A DNA stretch of 64,000 nt from assembly GCA_965240325.2 (NCBI GenBank), contig OZ251224.1:2356001-2420000 (forward strand), written 5' to 3'. The notes under the pieces are model-generated. The model saw only the letters and a list, made by a program, of their open reading frames with translations, searched no databases and was not told where the DNA came from. Shown here piece by piece: positions 51,443 to 64,000 of this stretch (position 1 is its first letter; every line of letters starts with the position of its first letter). Position numbers and translations under genes: made by a program. The stretch is from Rebecca billardiae RCC1528. Taxonomy: Eukaryota; Protista; Haptophyta.

Positions 51443-54400
51443 TCACCGCATCGGCGCATTGCCTCCACTGACCGTGCGGGCCGCGACGCTGGCGATGCTG
51501 GACGGGGGGCTGCGCCTGCCCGGGTTCCCACCGCGCGAGAGCGAGGCGGACGCCGACGCCGGCCGCGGTGTGCGCCTGCGGCGCGCTGCCGCGGCGCCTG
51601 AGCCGCCCGCCGTGGGTATGTCCCGCGTGAGGCCGATCTTTGAGGACGAGCCGGCTGCGCTGCTGCTGCCCGCGACGCCGCGTGAGGGGGACGTGTGCGC
51701 CGCGGCGCGCGGCGCGGCAGCGCGCTGTTCGGGGGACGGCGGATCCTTCAGCCTCGCGAGGATCACCTCCGAGCCGCGGTCGCCGTCCGGATCGAGGAGC
51801 TTGACCAGGCGCAGCGCGTCCTGCACCAGCTGCAGCTGCGACCTCTTGGGGTGGTCCGCGTGCGTGTCGTACGGCGTCGCGGCGCGCTCGGTGCGCTCGC
51901 CCCGCTCCCACACGTCCCGCGCGGGCGTCGGCCCGGGCGGCGGCGGCGGGCCCGCGCGGCCCGCGCGCACGTGGCGCGTCTCGGACGAGCTCATCGCGAA
52001 GAGGCGGCGCATCTTGTCGGTGGTCACGACGGGCAGATCGCGCATCGCGCGCTCCTTGCGCTCCTCCGCCTCGGTGAAGCCGCCGCCCACGCTGCGGTAG
52101 TCGCCGATCGTCAGCCCGGTGCCCATTACGCCGAGCAGGTGGTTCACCGCGTCGAGCAGCGCGCGCGCCGTCTCGCTGCGCGGCGGCGCGGGCCGGGCGA
52201 GCGAGGCGGGTGGCGGCGCGGCAGTCAGCGCGCAGCGCAGCGCGATGGACAGGGCAGGGCACGGCGCACGCGCGCGTGCACGCGCGGCGCTCCTCCACGC
52301 GCCAGGGGTGCCGCGTCCGCGCGCGCTGCAGCGCACTCTTGCTGGCGAATGGTCCGCTCGAGGTCGGCCTGCAGGTCGGGTACGTTGCCCGCGTTCCCGC
52401 CGCTCGCCTCCTGTGGCCCCGCCTGTTCGCGCGCCGCCTCCTCCGCGGCGTGCGCGCGTGCCTCGGGCTCAGCGCGGCTGCGCTCGGCGTCCTCAGCGCT
52501 GCGGTTGGCGTTGAGGCTGGCGTCGTCGAGCGGGGCGTGCGCCGCCGCCGAGCCGCCGGGCTCCGACGCGGTCTTCAGCGCGGCGTCCAGCTCCTCGATG
52601 CGCGCGGCCGCCTCCGCCGCATCAGCTTTGAGCTCGTCGATGTGTTTTTTGGCCGCGGCGAGTCTGGCCGTGGCGGCGGCGGCCTCGGCAGCGGCCTGCG
52701 TCGCGGCCTCGGCGTTGGCTTTGGCCCTGGCCTCGGCCACCTCGCGTGCAGCCGCGTCCTCCGCCGCCTTCTTCTCCGCCGCAGCCACCGCAGCCGCGCT
52801 CGCGGCCGCGTCGGCGCCCGAGCCCTCGTTGGCAGACGCGCCCTTCGGCGCCTCGGACGCCTCCGACGCCGCTCCGTCACGCGCGCGCTCAAGCTCGGCG
52901 ATGCGCTGGTTGGCCGCGGCGAGTGCGGCCGTGGCGGTGGCGGCCTCGGCAGCGGCCTGCGCCGCCTTGGCCTCGGCCGCCTCGCGAGCCGCCGCGTCCT
53001 CCGCTGCCTTCTTCGTCGCCGCAGCCACCGCAGCCGCGCTCGCGGCCGCGTCGGCGCGCGAGTCATAGTCGGCGGGCGCGCCCTCCGACACCTCCGACGC
53101 CTCCGACGCCGCTCCGTCACGCGCGCGCTCAAGCTCAGCGATGCGCTGGTTGGCCACGGCGAGTGCGGCCGTGGCGGTGGCGGCCTCGGCAGCGACCTGC
53201 GTCGTCTTGGCCTCGGCCGCCTCGCGAGCCGCCGCGTCCTCCGCTGCCTTCTTCGTCGCCGCAGCCACCGCAGCCGCGCTCGCGGCCGCGTCGGCGCGCG
53301 AGTCATCGTCGGCGGGCGCGCCCTCCGACACCTCCGACGCCTCCGACGCCGCTCCGTCACGCGCGCGCTCGAGCTCGCGCTCGCGCGCGGCCCCGGCGTC
53401 TGAGGCTGGCTTGGGCTCGCGCGCGGCGGCGAGCGCAGCGCGCAGCTCCGCCGCCTCGCGCTGCAGCTGGCCAACCCACGCCCGGTCTGAGCGCGCGCGC
53501 TCGTCCGCGCTCGAGCGCTCCGCGTCCCAGCGCGCGCGCTCGGCCGCTGCTTGCTCGGCTACCCAGCGCGCGTGCTCGTCGGCTGCGTCGGCGCGGCTCT
53601 CGGCCATGAGTGCGTCCGCACGGCTCTCCGCCACCAGGATGGTGCGCTCCACCTCGGCGCGCGCGCGCTCCTGAGCCAACGCCGCCGCGTGCGCCTCCGC
53701 TTCCAGGCGACTTCGCTCCATCTCCGCGGCGTCATCCGCGCCGCTGAGCGCCGCCTGCGTGCCGAAGTCGGCGTGGTCGGCCTTGAGGATGGTTGAGCGC
53801 GAGCGCTCAATGCCGGCGTTGATAGCCTCCTGCACCTCCTCCTTGAAGCCGCGGCGCAGGTGGTCGAGATTGATCGGCTCCGGCGAGCTGGGCGGCGACG
53901 GATCAGGGCTCTCGCCATCCGCGCGCGGCCTGTCGGCCGTCGGCGGCCCGCTCACCTGCCTCTGCGCGCGCTCGATCTCGGCGGTCGCCTTGGCGACCGC
54001 GGTGCCGAACATTTGGAGGAACTCCGCGCGCGTCTCCTCTGCGCGCTGCGCCTCCTTGCGCCCGCCGCCTCCGAGGCCGAGCATGAGCCCGCCGCTCCTG
54101 AGCGGCGGCGGCTTCTCGCTGGGCAGCAGGTCCGGCTCGGAGCGCCGCTGCTCGCGCACCTTGCGACGGAACAGCGCCAGCGTGACCGGGCTGCGCTCGA
54201 GGCGGGCGCAGAGCTGGCGGAGCGCGCTGTACTTGTCCAGGGCGTACAGGTGCAGCACGAAATCCACGCGCGCCACGTGCTGCCCGGCGGTAGATCGGAC
54301 GCGCGACACGCCCGGCCGGATCCGTTGGACCTGCACCGCCGCCTCGCGCCGCGCGATGCCGAGCTGCCGGGTGAGATATGCGCACACGTGCCGCACACTC

Positions 54401-57400
54401 ACCGTCTCGCCCGGCGCGAGCTCGACCGCAAACGAGGCGAACAGCTGCAGCCGCGACTCGGCCGCGCCTAGGCCGCCGTCCTCGCGCCACGGCGCGCCGC
54501 TCCCGGCCTGGCCGGCGCTCGTCAGCTCCGTCTCGACCTCCGTCTTGACAGCGCTGAGGACGACAGCGCGCAGGTCGGCCTCGAGCTCGTGCTTCACGGC
54601 GCCTGCGACGACGGCGCGCGGCTTCCTGCGGTCAGCGGCGGTGGCGATGCTCAGCGCGTACCCCGCGACGCTCGGCGTCCCACCCTCGTCGCCGCCACCA
54701 CGACCCTCGCCATTCCTGCCGCCGCCGCCCTCAGCCGCGCTGCTCTGGCGGCTCCGGAAGGCGACGAGCACCGAGAGGGTGCCCGTGAGAGAGGAGAGCA
54801 AGATCACGACCGCCTGCACTGCATCTGGCGCGAGCAGCCTGATGTCGATGGCGCGGAACACGGCCCAGAGCACGAGAGCGGCCACGATGCCGACGGGCAC
54901 GAGCAGCAGCACGAAGACGAGCGCGTCCGAGGGGCGCGCGAGCAGGTCCTGCAGCGCCTGGGTGCGCGCGCGCACCGCCGTCGTGCCGAGCCCGCGCGCG
55001 AAATTGGCCGCGGACGTGTCCGATGCCGCGCTCGAGATGCACGCGCGGAAGTCGAGCGCGGCCTCGGCCACCCGCCCGATCGGGTCGAGCGTGCCCTCCA
55101 CCTCGACAATCTTCTTCAGCTTCACGACGCCGCGCCGCACTGCGTAGTATCCGACCGACGCCGCGCGCGCCTCGTTCAGCGCGCGTGTGAGCACCGTGCC
55201 CACGTCGCGAAGGAGCGTCTCGCGCTTCGCCGCGCTCGCGGCACTCCACGCGTCATGCCACGGCCGGACGGCCAGGCCGGCGGCGCCCCCCTCGCCAGGG
55301 CCCCCGATGCTCCGCTTGAACCATTGGACGCGAGCGCGCACGCGCTCGCACGCCCACCGGGACTTTGCCGCCGACTCGAGCAGCTCATCACCCCACTGGC
55401 AGAGCACCCCGGCGCACCCGACGCCCACCTGCGCCAGCAGAGAGGCCAGCTCGGCGTCTCGCACGCCGAGGCGCGAGCCTTGCGCGCCGAGATCCTCAGC
55501 TCCGGCAGCTGGCGCGGCCGCCGCCTCGCTGCCCGCAGGGGGGCCTGGCTCCGCGGAAGAGGCGCCAGGGGCGGCGTAGTCGAGGTCGAGCGAGGAGAGA
55601 TCGCGGAGCGCCTCATGCAGCCGCGCCGCGCCGAGCACCGCGCCGGCCGTCTCTGCCACGGCGACGCGCGCGAGTGCGCTCGCGAGTTCCTTCGAGCTCG
55701 GCCAGCCCTTAGCGGGTGGCTGAAGGGGCAGGCGCTCGGCCGTGCGCTCGAGCTTTGCGCGCTCCTCGTGCGTGAGGCAGGCGCCGTGCACGAAGAGGCG
55801 GAGCGCGAGCGCGCGCAGCGGCTTCATCAGCAGGTCGCCCTGCATCCAGCTGTCCACGGTGTCGAATGGGCTCTCGCCAGCCACAGGTGTCGCGCTGCCG
55901 CCGTCGTGGCCGCCGGGCGCCGCGGCTGCCGCCGCGCCCTCCGCGCTGCCGGTGCCGATCGAGGGCAGGTTGCGCTGGATCACGGCGGGCTTGATCTGGT
56001 AGGCGGAGGCCGTGCGCGGCCTGGTGGGAGAGGGGATGGGCGAGAGCTGCTGTCGGCCCGTGGGCCGCCGCGGCTCTCCCTGCCACTGCCCGCTCCTGGC
56101 CTTGCTCGGCAGGTGGAGCGTCTGGCCCTGCTCATCAAGCGGGTCATGCCGCGGATGCTCCTTCTCGTCGTCAACAGCCACGTGCATGCTCGAGCCATCC
56201 GCGCTCGAGAGCTCGGCGTCGCTGTGCGCGTCGCGCTCGCGCTCGTGGTCGCGGTCTGCTTGCTCCGCGTGACCGAGCGCGCACCGCTCCTTGAGCTCAT
56301 GCGCTGACGCGCGCAGCCGCTTTTTCGCTTCGCGCTCCACCGCCTTCTCGATGAAACCGGCCGCGTCGTCAGTAATGGCCCTCGTGCGCGAAATCTGGCA
56401 CACACGGCGCACCCAGTAGATGCACGCGTTGTGCACCAGTCGGCCGAGCGCGTCATGCGCCTCGAGCTCGAAGCAGTCGGCCGCGTCGAGCGCCGAAGAG
56501 CCGAAGGATGCCGCGCCGCGCTCGTCGCCACCGGCGACGGAGCTCGTGCCGGCGGGCGAATCCCAGCGGGCGTGCGGCGGCGCGCGCGGCGGCGGCGGCG
56601 ACGGCGGCACCTCTGCTGGCGCGTGCGGCGGCGCCGCCGCCTCAGACAGGCCAGGTAGGTTGGCGCTCAGAACTGCATTGATAGCGCCGAGCTCGGCGAG
56701 CGTGCGCAGGGGGCGCGCGTGCGTCTGGACGATCTGCTCCACGATCGCGGCCTTCTCCTCCACCACGCGATTGTCGAGCAGCGCCTTCGAGCCCTCACCA
56801 GCCACCTCCGCCGCCTGCTCCGGGTCGCAGTCCGCAAGGAAGTCGGTAAACGACTTGAGCGCGTGCGCGACAGAGTCTCCGACAGCCGGAAGTGTCGGCG
56901 TGGCCAGAGGCACGTCCTCGTCGCGCACGAGCGAGAGCGGCATCTCGGTCGCCTGCCACAGCAGCCGCGCGTGCGCACACGCGTCATCGACCTCGCGCAG
57001 CACGCTCGCAAAGTTGCTTGCCAGCCCGGCCAGGTCGCCCACGTTGTTGTTGGCCGCTGCGGCTAGGGCGGCCTCGCAGTCTGACAGCAGGCTGCGCCTC
57101 GTGTCCGCCTCAGCCTCAGCCTCAGCTGCTGCGTTGGCTGCGGCGTTGGCCGTGGCGACAAAGTCAGCGGCGTCGTTGATGGCGCCAGTCCCGAGCACGC
57201 CTGCCTCGAGCGCGCCGATGACCTCGCCAGCTGCGCGTCGAACGTTGCCACCACTTGCTGCTCCGAGCACGCCAACCGCATCCGCATCCGGCTCCGCACC
57301 CCCGAGCGCTGCCTTGAGCTCGCCAATGAATTCGTCGACGGAGGTCTCGACGACGCCGGCGACGCTCGTCTTCTGCGTCTTGGAGGCATATGCGACGAGC

Positions 57401-60400
57401 ACGAGCGCCACCGCGGGCATCGCGTACACCGAGAGCACCTGGAAGGTCACGTCCCGCCGCACGAAGGCCGCGAGCAGCATCGCAAGCAGGGCGTAGATCA
57501 GAAACGCCAGGTCTGCGATCAGCACCAGCCGCGCGCAGACTGCGAGCGCGCGCTGCGTCATCTGCACGGTGCCAAAGTCCGCGCGAAGCACGCGCACGCC
57601 GAGCGAGCACCCGCCGAGCGAGCCCGGCGTGCTGTGCCCCACCATCTCCACCGTCGCGAGCCCCAGATACAGCGCGCTGAGCGCGAGGCAGGCGTAGGCA
57701 AGGCCCAGCGCGGCCTCACAGCTCTCGCTCGGCTGCCAGCACGGCCGCGAGCTGCGGACAAATGCCGCGCGGTAGACGGTGATGATGAGCGGCGAGACAA
57801 AGAGCACGTGCGCCCAGGGCGCGAGCATGGCAGGCATCGTCTGCCGGCTGAGGAACTTCGAGAGCCACGGCAGGTAGAGAGACAGCGACAGCCACTGCGC
57901 TGCCGCCATGCATGGCGACCGCTTGAGCTTCTCGATCGTCGGAATCGCTGATGGGCAGCAGTACCGCACGAAGGTGTAATCGCCTGGCCTCAGCAGGCGC
58001 AGGAAAGACATGAGCGCGCCGCGGAAGTCGAAGGTGCGCACGAAGTTCTCGATCGCAAACGCCGTGCCGCAGTACCGCGCGAGCATCGCCTCCACCAGCT
58101 CCTCGCGCGCGCCGGACGTGTCGCCGTGCCAGCCGCCTCGCTCTGCCTCTGACTCGGCCGCGCGCACGGTGTGCACGGTGGCGGCCAGGAGCTCGGAGAG
58201 TGCCACGTGCCGCAGCGATGGCGGCGCGAGCGGCTGGACGTCGGGAGGCGGGTCGGTGAGGCGCAGCACGTCAGACACGTCGCCAGAGAGCACCGAGCGC
58301 GGGCAGAAGATCATCCGCCCTACCCGGACCAAGTAGACGCCAGGCAGCTTGTGCTCGAGCACGCACAAGCGCTCGAGCTTGCGCCACTGCCGGTTCGAGT
58401 CGGTCACGTCATCCGCGCGCGTCGCCATCGGCAGCGCGGCGAGCGAGGCGGGGCGCAGCCCGGCGCCGCCACCAGCTGGTGGCGGATCGCGAGCGCCAGC
58501 GACAGCATCACGAGCACCAGCGCGCCGACATCGCGACCAGCAGCTGGTGCTCGCTACTTTGTCGAACTTCGGCCCGAGGTTCTCGCCTGCGTGGTCGTCC
58601 GCGGGCGCGCCAGCGGGAGCGGCGGGGTCCCCCGATGCGCGCACGTGCTCGGCGTGTGCAACGTGCTCCGCGTATGCATCGATGGTCCGGCTGACGAGCT
58701 CGCACCGCCGCGGCTCGAGAAAGACGAGCTCAGCATCCGAACCGAGCGCGGGCAGCTGCAGAGCGCCCGAGCCGTGGAGGCGCACGAGGCGCGCGCGCAT
58801 CGCGGTGCGCACGGGGCGCACGAGGATTGCATCGGCGGCGCGCACGATGCGGCCGTGCAGCAGGTACGCGAGCACCAGCGCCAACAAGAACGACCCGAGG
58901 ACGACAGGCAAGACCGCCGACGAGCCGTCGTTCGACTGCCTGAGCTCGACCGGCTCCGAGGCGGGCCCGTCATGGACGTAGGTCGAGTATCGGCGGAGGG
59001 GAAAGGCGCGGTCGATCATCTCGTCGGTGGCCACGAGCAGCCCGTCGAAGCCGAGCATCAGGAAATCGAAGTGCTCCGGCCGCACCCCGCGCAGGGAGCT
59101 GTACCCGCGGTTGGTGGAGAGCCCAGCGTCAACAACGACCGCGCTGATGACGAAGAACCACCACGTGCACGCCATCCCGTGGCAGAGGAGCGCGCTGGCA
59201 AACTTGGCGCGCTCGCGCCACGTGACGGGCTCCTTGGCGTCCGATTCGTCGCGGCCGACGACGAAGCTCACGCGCTGCACGGGGTGCGGCGCGAGCGGGC
59301 TGGCGCGCGCCCAGACCATCTCCACGCTCAGACCCTTCAGCTTCAGGGTGTCCCACGGCGTGAGCCGCGCGTCGGGAAGGCCATCGGGACCGCCAAAGAA
59401 CCGGCTGGCCGACCTCTGCAGCAGCTGGACGCGGCTGGCCGACCTCGAAGTGGCTCTGCGCATCGTCGCCCCACCGCGCGAGCTGCTCGGTGACGGGGTG
59501 GAAGCCGGCGGGGCGTTGGCGGCAGGCGTGTCGAGAAGGCCGTCGGCACGGCTAAAGATTCGGCTGGCCGACTTGCTGACCGACCTCGAAAAGGCCCTCA
59601 TCGCCGCCCCGCCGCGCGAGCTGCTCGGTGACGGGGCGGAAGCCGGCGGGGCGTTGGCGGCCGGCTCGATGCAGAGCAGCGTGTCCGCGCCCGCGCGGTG
59701 GGTCGCGCCGTCGGCAGGCATGCCACGCGCGCGCAGCTCGGCGCCAAGCGAGGGATTCACGCGCTGCAGCGGCGTCAGGGTGATGGCGAGCATGTGTGCC
59801 CGCCAGATGCCCTCCACGCCACTGCTCCCCTCCGGGATCGCCGCCACGCCGCCGCCAAATCGCAGCGCCAGCCTCGAGCGGCGGCGCGGCGGCGCGGCGT
59901 TGGGCTCGGCGCCGTCCACGAGGTGTCCAAGCAGCCACACGCGCGTTCTCGTCGCGACGAAGCGCTGCCCGTCCCTCGCGCGCAGCAGCAGAGCGCCGCT
60001 GTCCTTGTTCTCCGCCTCGAGAACAACACTGTCGGGGCCGTCGTTGGAGCCACTGCCGCTCTCGTGCCGCGGCTCGGTCAGCGCGTGCACGTCATCAGGC
60101 GGCGGCGGCGGCGGGGGCGCGCCTCCGTTCTCGACGTCGCGTACGCGTCCGCGCCGCTTGGCCAGCCAACTTGCAACCGCTCGACCGGCGGGCTCGTCGA
60201 AAGCCGGTGCGCCCGCGTCGGCCGGTGCGCCGCTGTTCACATCGTACGCGCGCGCACACCTCCACACGCGCAGAATCGGCTCGCTGTGGAATCGAGCGTC
60301 GCCCTCGGCCAAGTCTGCGAACTCCGCCAGGGCGGCCTCGCCGTCCTTGATCAGCAGCCAGCGGCGCTCTGCGCGCAGCGTCTCGAGCGGGCGCTGCAGC

Positions 60401-61030
60401 AGGTGGCGCAGTGGCGTGGCGAGTGGCGTGTCGACTGTGTCGAGCAGAAGCACGCGCGGCTCGGCGAGCGCGATCGCGAACTTCTCTTCGCGCGCCCGGG
60501 CGGCGCTCGGTCTTCGAGCCTTGATGTCGGCGTCGCTCCACACAGAGGCAAAGAGCTCGGCGCCGACCTCGGGCCCGTGCCCACGCCCGCGAATGTCACT
60601 TCCACCGACAGAAGCATCATTGTCCGTGTCGGCAGCGGCCACGCCGCTGCTGTTGGCCGCGCTGATCGGTGTGGCCGCCGCCTCGTCGCTCTGCCGCCGA
60701 TGTTCGCCACCGCCGCCACCGGGCACGTGCGTGGCGCGCGCGCGGAGCGCACGCTCCCACGCTGCGCCGACAAAGTGCGCGTGCCAGTACACGCCGTCCT
60801 TGTCCAGCTTGAACGTCGCCTCGAGGTCGATGCGCTTCCGGATCGAGCCGTCCGCGCCGCTGGGCAGCGCGCCGAGCGCGAGCGCCACCGCGAGTGTCGA
60901 ACAGGTCGCCAAGACGATCGATGCCACCCCGTATGCCACCCGGATCCACACATACACCTGCAAGCGCGTCCTGGCGTCGCCGGTGGAGGAGTCGTCGGGC
61001 GGCGGTGCGCTCGGCGGCGGCGGCGGCGGT

Positions 61031-61061
<31 letters not shown>

Positions 61062-64000
61062 AGGGCGGCGGCGGCGGCGCGGGCGGCGGCGCGTTGGGTG
61101 GCGGAGGCGGCGAGGGCGAGGGCGAGGGCGGCGGCGAGGGCGGCGGTGCCGGCGGCGTGGACGGCGGCGCGGATGGCGGCGCGGACGGCGGCGGCGGGAG
61201 CGGCGGCGGCGCAGAGGGCGGCGCGGAGGGCGGCGGGCGCGGCGGTGGCGACGGCGGCGGCGGCTCGGGCACGGTGAGCGTGTCCAGCGTCGGCGGGATC
61301 ACAACTGTCACAAGCCCACCACTCGAGCCATCACCGCCGGCAATGCCGTCACCGCCGGTGCTGCCGCCCTGCGCGGGCGGCAGCAGCTGCTGCGCCCACC
61401 ACGCGTCCGCGCCGCTGAGCTGCAGCTGCCGGCGCGAGCGCCGTCGGCGTCGGCGCCCCAGCTCGTCCCCGCCTCCAAGCGCGCGCAGCGCGAACGACAC
61501 GTTCACGGCGCCCTCCGCCCAGCCGCCCTCCGGGTGCAGAGCCACGGCATACTCGCCCGGGGCCGTTTGCTCGGCGGTCACGACGATGAGAGCGCCGCCC
61601 GACGGCGCGTCGGCGGCAGGCTTGCCGACAAGGACGCGCGGCGCGGTGCCCGCCGCGCCGGCCTCCAGTGCGAAGCGCACGCTCACCTCCGTGTGCAGGC
61701 TCGCCGGCGTGCCGTCGCGGAACGCCACCGCCGCGCGCACGAGCAGGTCGCCACTCGACTCGGCGGAGACACACCCGACTTGCACGTTGCCAATAGACAC
61801 CTCGGACAGGAAGCGCATTCGGTTCGAGGCGATGGCGTGCAGATAGAGCGCATCGGTGAGGGTGACGGAGCCGTCGCGCGTCGCGTCGAGCCGCGGCGCG
61901 CACGGCAGCGCCGACGCCGACGCGCCGAGGGCGATCCGCTCCGCCAGCAGCACGTCGTACGCGCTGAAGACGCAGTCGCCGTCGCTGTCGCCGAGAACGT
62001 CGGGCGCGCAGCAGCCGAGCGGCGCGCGCGGCGCGCACGGGTCGGCTGGCGCGAGGCCGGCGGCGGCGTCGGCGGCATCGTCGAGCTCCCACAGCGTGTC
62101 GGTCACGTGCGCGGCGCACGCCGCCACGCCCGCCGGCCCGACGCGCGCGCGCGGCGCGCGGCACTCCGCTCCCCACACCAGCTCCACAGCCACGCCGTGC
62201 GCACTCGCCGCCCAGCCAATCAGGGCGCTGCCGTTGGCCGCGCCGCCGGCGTTGGCGGCGTCGGCGTCGCGCGGCGCAAAGACGACGGTGGCGAGGCGCA
62301 CGAGCCGGCTGGGCGCGGCAGCGCCGCCGTCGGCGTCGTCCGCCAAGATCCCGTCTGCACCGCCGGCGATGATCAGCCGGCCCGGAAACGCATGGTCGGG
62401 CGCGCAGAGCGCGTGCAGTGCGCGCGCGGCCGGCTCGCACGAGCGCACGCGCAGCACGTCGGCGCGGTAAGCAATTTCGAGTTGGTACAGCCGGAGCGGC
62501 GAGGCGCCGACGTGCGCCCAGAAGCTGAGCTCGGCGGCCTCGCCGCCGTCGAGTAGCCGCACCGGCGGCACGCACGCGAGTGCGCCCTCGCCCTCCTCCT
62601 CCGTGCCGAAGCCCACGCCGATGCGGCCGAGCGGCGGCGTCGCGACGACGGCAGCGAGCGTCGCGCGCGCGACGATGGCGGGCGCGCACGTGACGCGCGC
62701 GCTCAGCTCGACGGCGGCGGCGTGCGTGTCGAGCAGCTCGACGGTGCCGTCGCCCGCGCTCACGTTCACCGCGCACGGCGCGGACGAGCCGTACGCGAAC
62801 GCGCCCGCCAGCGCGCCGTGCGCCGTCGTCGAGACCACGGTCCCGTCGGCGAACGTGGCGGCCAGTTCAAGTCGACCGAGCGTGGCGCGCGGCGCGCCGC
62901 ACAGCGCGGCCGGCGAGGCGCGCGCGCGCACCGAGGCGACGCCGAGCGGCGCGACCGCCGAAATCTCGACGTCGAGCTCGCCGAGCGCGCCGTACCACGC
63001 CACGCGCACGCGCGCGCTGCCCGGCGACACGCCGTCCACGACGAGCACGCTCACGCCGCCGCCGGACACACCGAGCGCGCGCGCGGCCGCGACCGCGGGC
63101 ACAGAGCTCATCGTGTCGAGCTCGGCGGCGGGGACGTCGACCCAGGGCGCGGCGGGGTGCGCGCGCGCGCGCACGCGCAGCACGGCGCGCTCGAACGGGC
63201 CGTCCGCGCACGCGAGCCTGCGCAGCACCAGCGTCTCTGCCGGCGTCGGCGACGCCTCATCCACGTCGGCCGCGGCCGCGACGGCGGCGTCGGCCGCGGC
63301 CGCGTCGGCGGCCGCGTCGTATGCCGGCAGAAGCGTCAGGGCGAGCTCGGGCACGGCGGGCGCGATGGGCAGCGTCGCGCGCGCGGAGCGGCCGCTTGGC
63401 GCGTGCGTGGCGACGAGGCTCACGTCGCCCCGCACCGCCGGGTCCGCGCACGCCGCGCCGGCCGCGCCGGACGCCGGCAGCTGCACGCGCGCCGCGGCAG
63501 AGTCGGGCGAGGCGGGCGAACCGTGATGCGCAGGCGGCGCTCGCGTGACGGGCGCGGCGAGTGCGGCGCAGCCGGCGTCAACGCCGTCGCCCTCGAGCGA
63601 GACGGTGACGCCCGCCGCGCTCGAGACGTCGACGACGCTGCCGTCCGCGTACACCAGCTCCACCGCCACCTCGACCGAGTCCGGGAGCCCGAGCGGCGGC
63701 GCCGCGGCCGGCTCGCTCCCGAATGCGAGCGCGGCCGCGCCGCGCAGACGCACCCGTAGCTCGGCCGGGGGCGCGCGCGGCGTGTCCACGCGGGCGAGGG
63801 CGAAGCCCTCCCACGCGGCGGCGGGCCCCGCGCCGCACGGGTCCCAGAGCACGCGCACGAGCTCGCCGCACGCCGGCTCCGCCGTGGACTCGTCCAGCAC
63901 CACGCCCGTGCCGTTGGCCACGACGCTGAGCCCCGCGTGCGCAGAATAGGTGCCGCCGAGCGCCGCGGCGGCGGCCGCGCCCGCGCGCGGCAGCTCGGCG
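51443..64000 (-). CDS. Giant (>3900 aa, 5'-truncated) cell-surface/membrane protein: Ig/BIG-like domains, cohesin-like and dockerin-like domains, Pro-rich stalk, multiple TMs, Ala/Glu-rich coiled-coil tail
   Basis: Frame is open to the window edge. Dockerin-like GDSDGDCVFSAYD..LDATRDGSVTLTDAL (~62000-61830). Beta-rich cohesin-like segment (~62535-62270). SPPPP stalk (61270-61000). TM ~60950-60880. A terminal intron (~52336-52177) links to the last exon ending at 51443. Confidence 0.8.
52660..53370 (-). repeat. 240-bp (80-aa) coding tandem repeat, about 2.6-3 copies
   Basis: gccgcgtcctccgc.gccttcttc recurs at ~52751, ~52992 and ~53232. Peptide unit ELERARDGAASEASE...KKAAEDAAARE. Confidence 0.9.

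Overview
Very GC-rich eukaryotic nuclear DNA with short GC-rich spliceosomal introns (GTGCGC...CGCAG, probably some GC-AG), consistent with a haptophyte-like alga (inference, not verified). I read about 14 protein-coding genes: an LRR receptor-like protein, an RNF41-like RING/TRAF-Zn/MYND protein, a PARP-type ADP-ribosyltransferase head-to-head with a NADAR hydrolase, a GT-A glycosyltransferase-like protein, a large EF-hand membrane protein, two Sel1-repeat/MYND paralogues, a ~3200-aa intronless multi-enzyme nucleic-acid repair protein (Rnl1 ligase, HAD phosphatase, DEDDy exonuclease, 2H phosphoesterase, R3H, P-loop kinase, AEP primase-polymerase), a GH30 glucosylceramidase, p47/UBX, a small membrane protein, a GT77-like transferase, an ACBP-Kelch-YjjX-like fusion, and a 5'-truncated giant surface protein with adjacent cohesin-like and dockerin-like domains. 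Transposon relics (hAT-like, pogo-like HTH, a MITE-like element, a large inverted repeat) lie between genes. The best candidates for an undescribed system are the divergent PARP/NADAR writer-eraser pair (11.3-13.4 kb) and the all-in-one repair protein (24.7-34.4 kb). All domain calls are by-eye motif recognition. No database searches were run, and start codons and exon boundaries are approximate.
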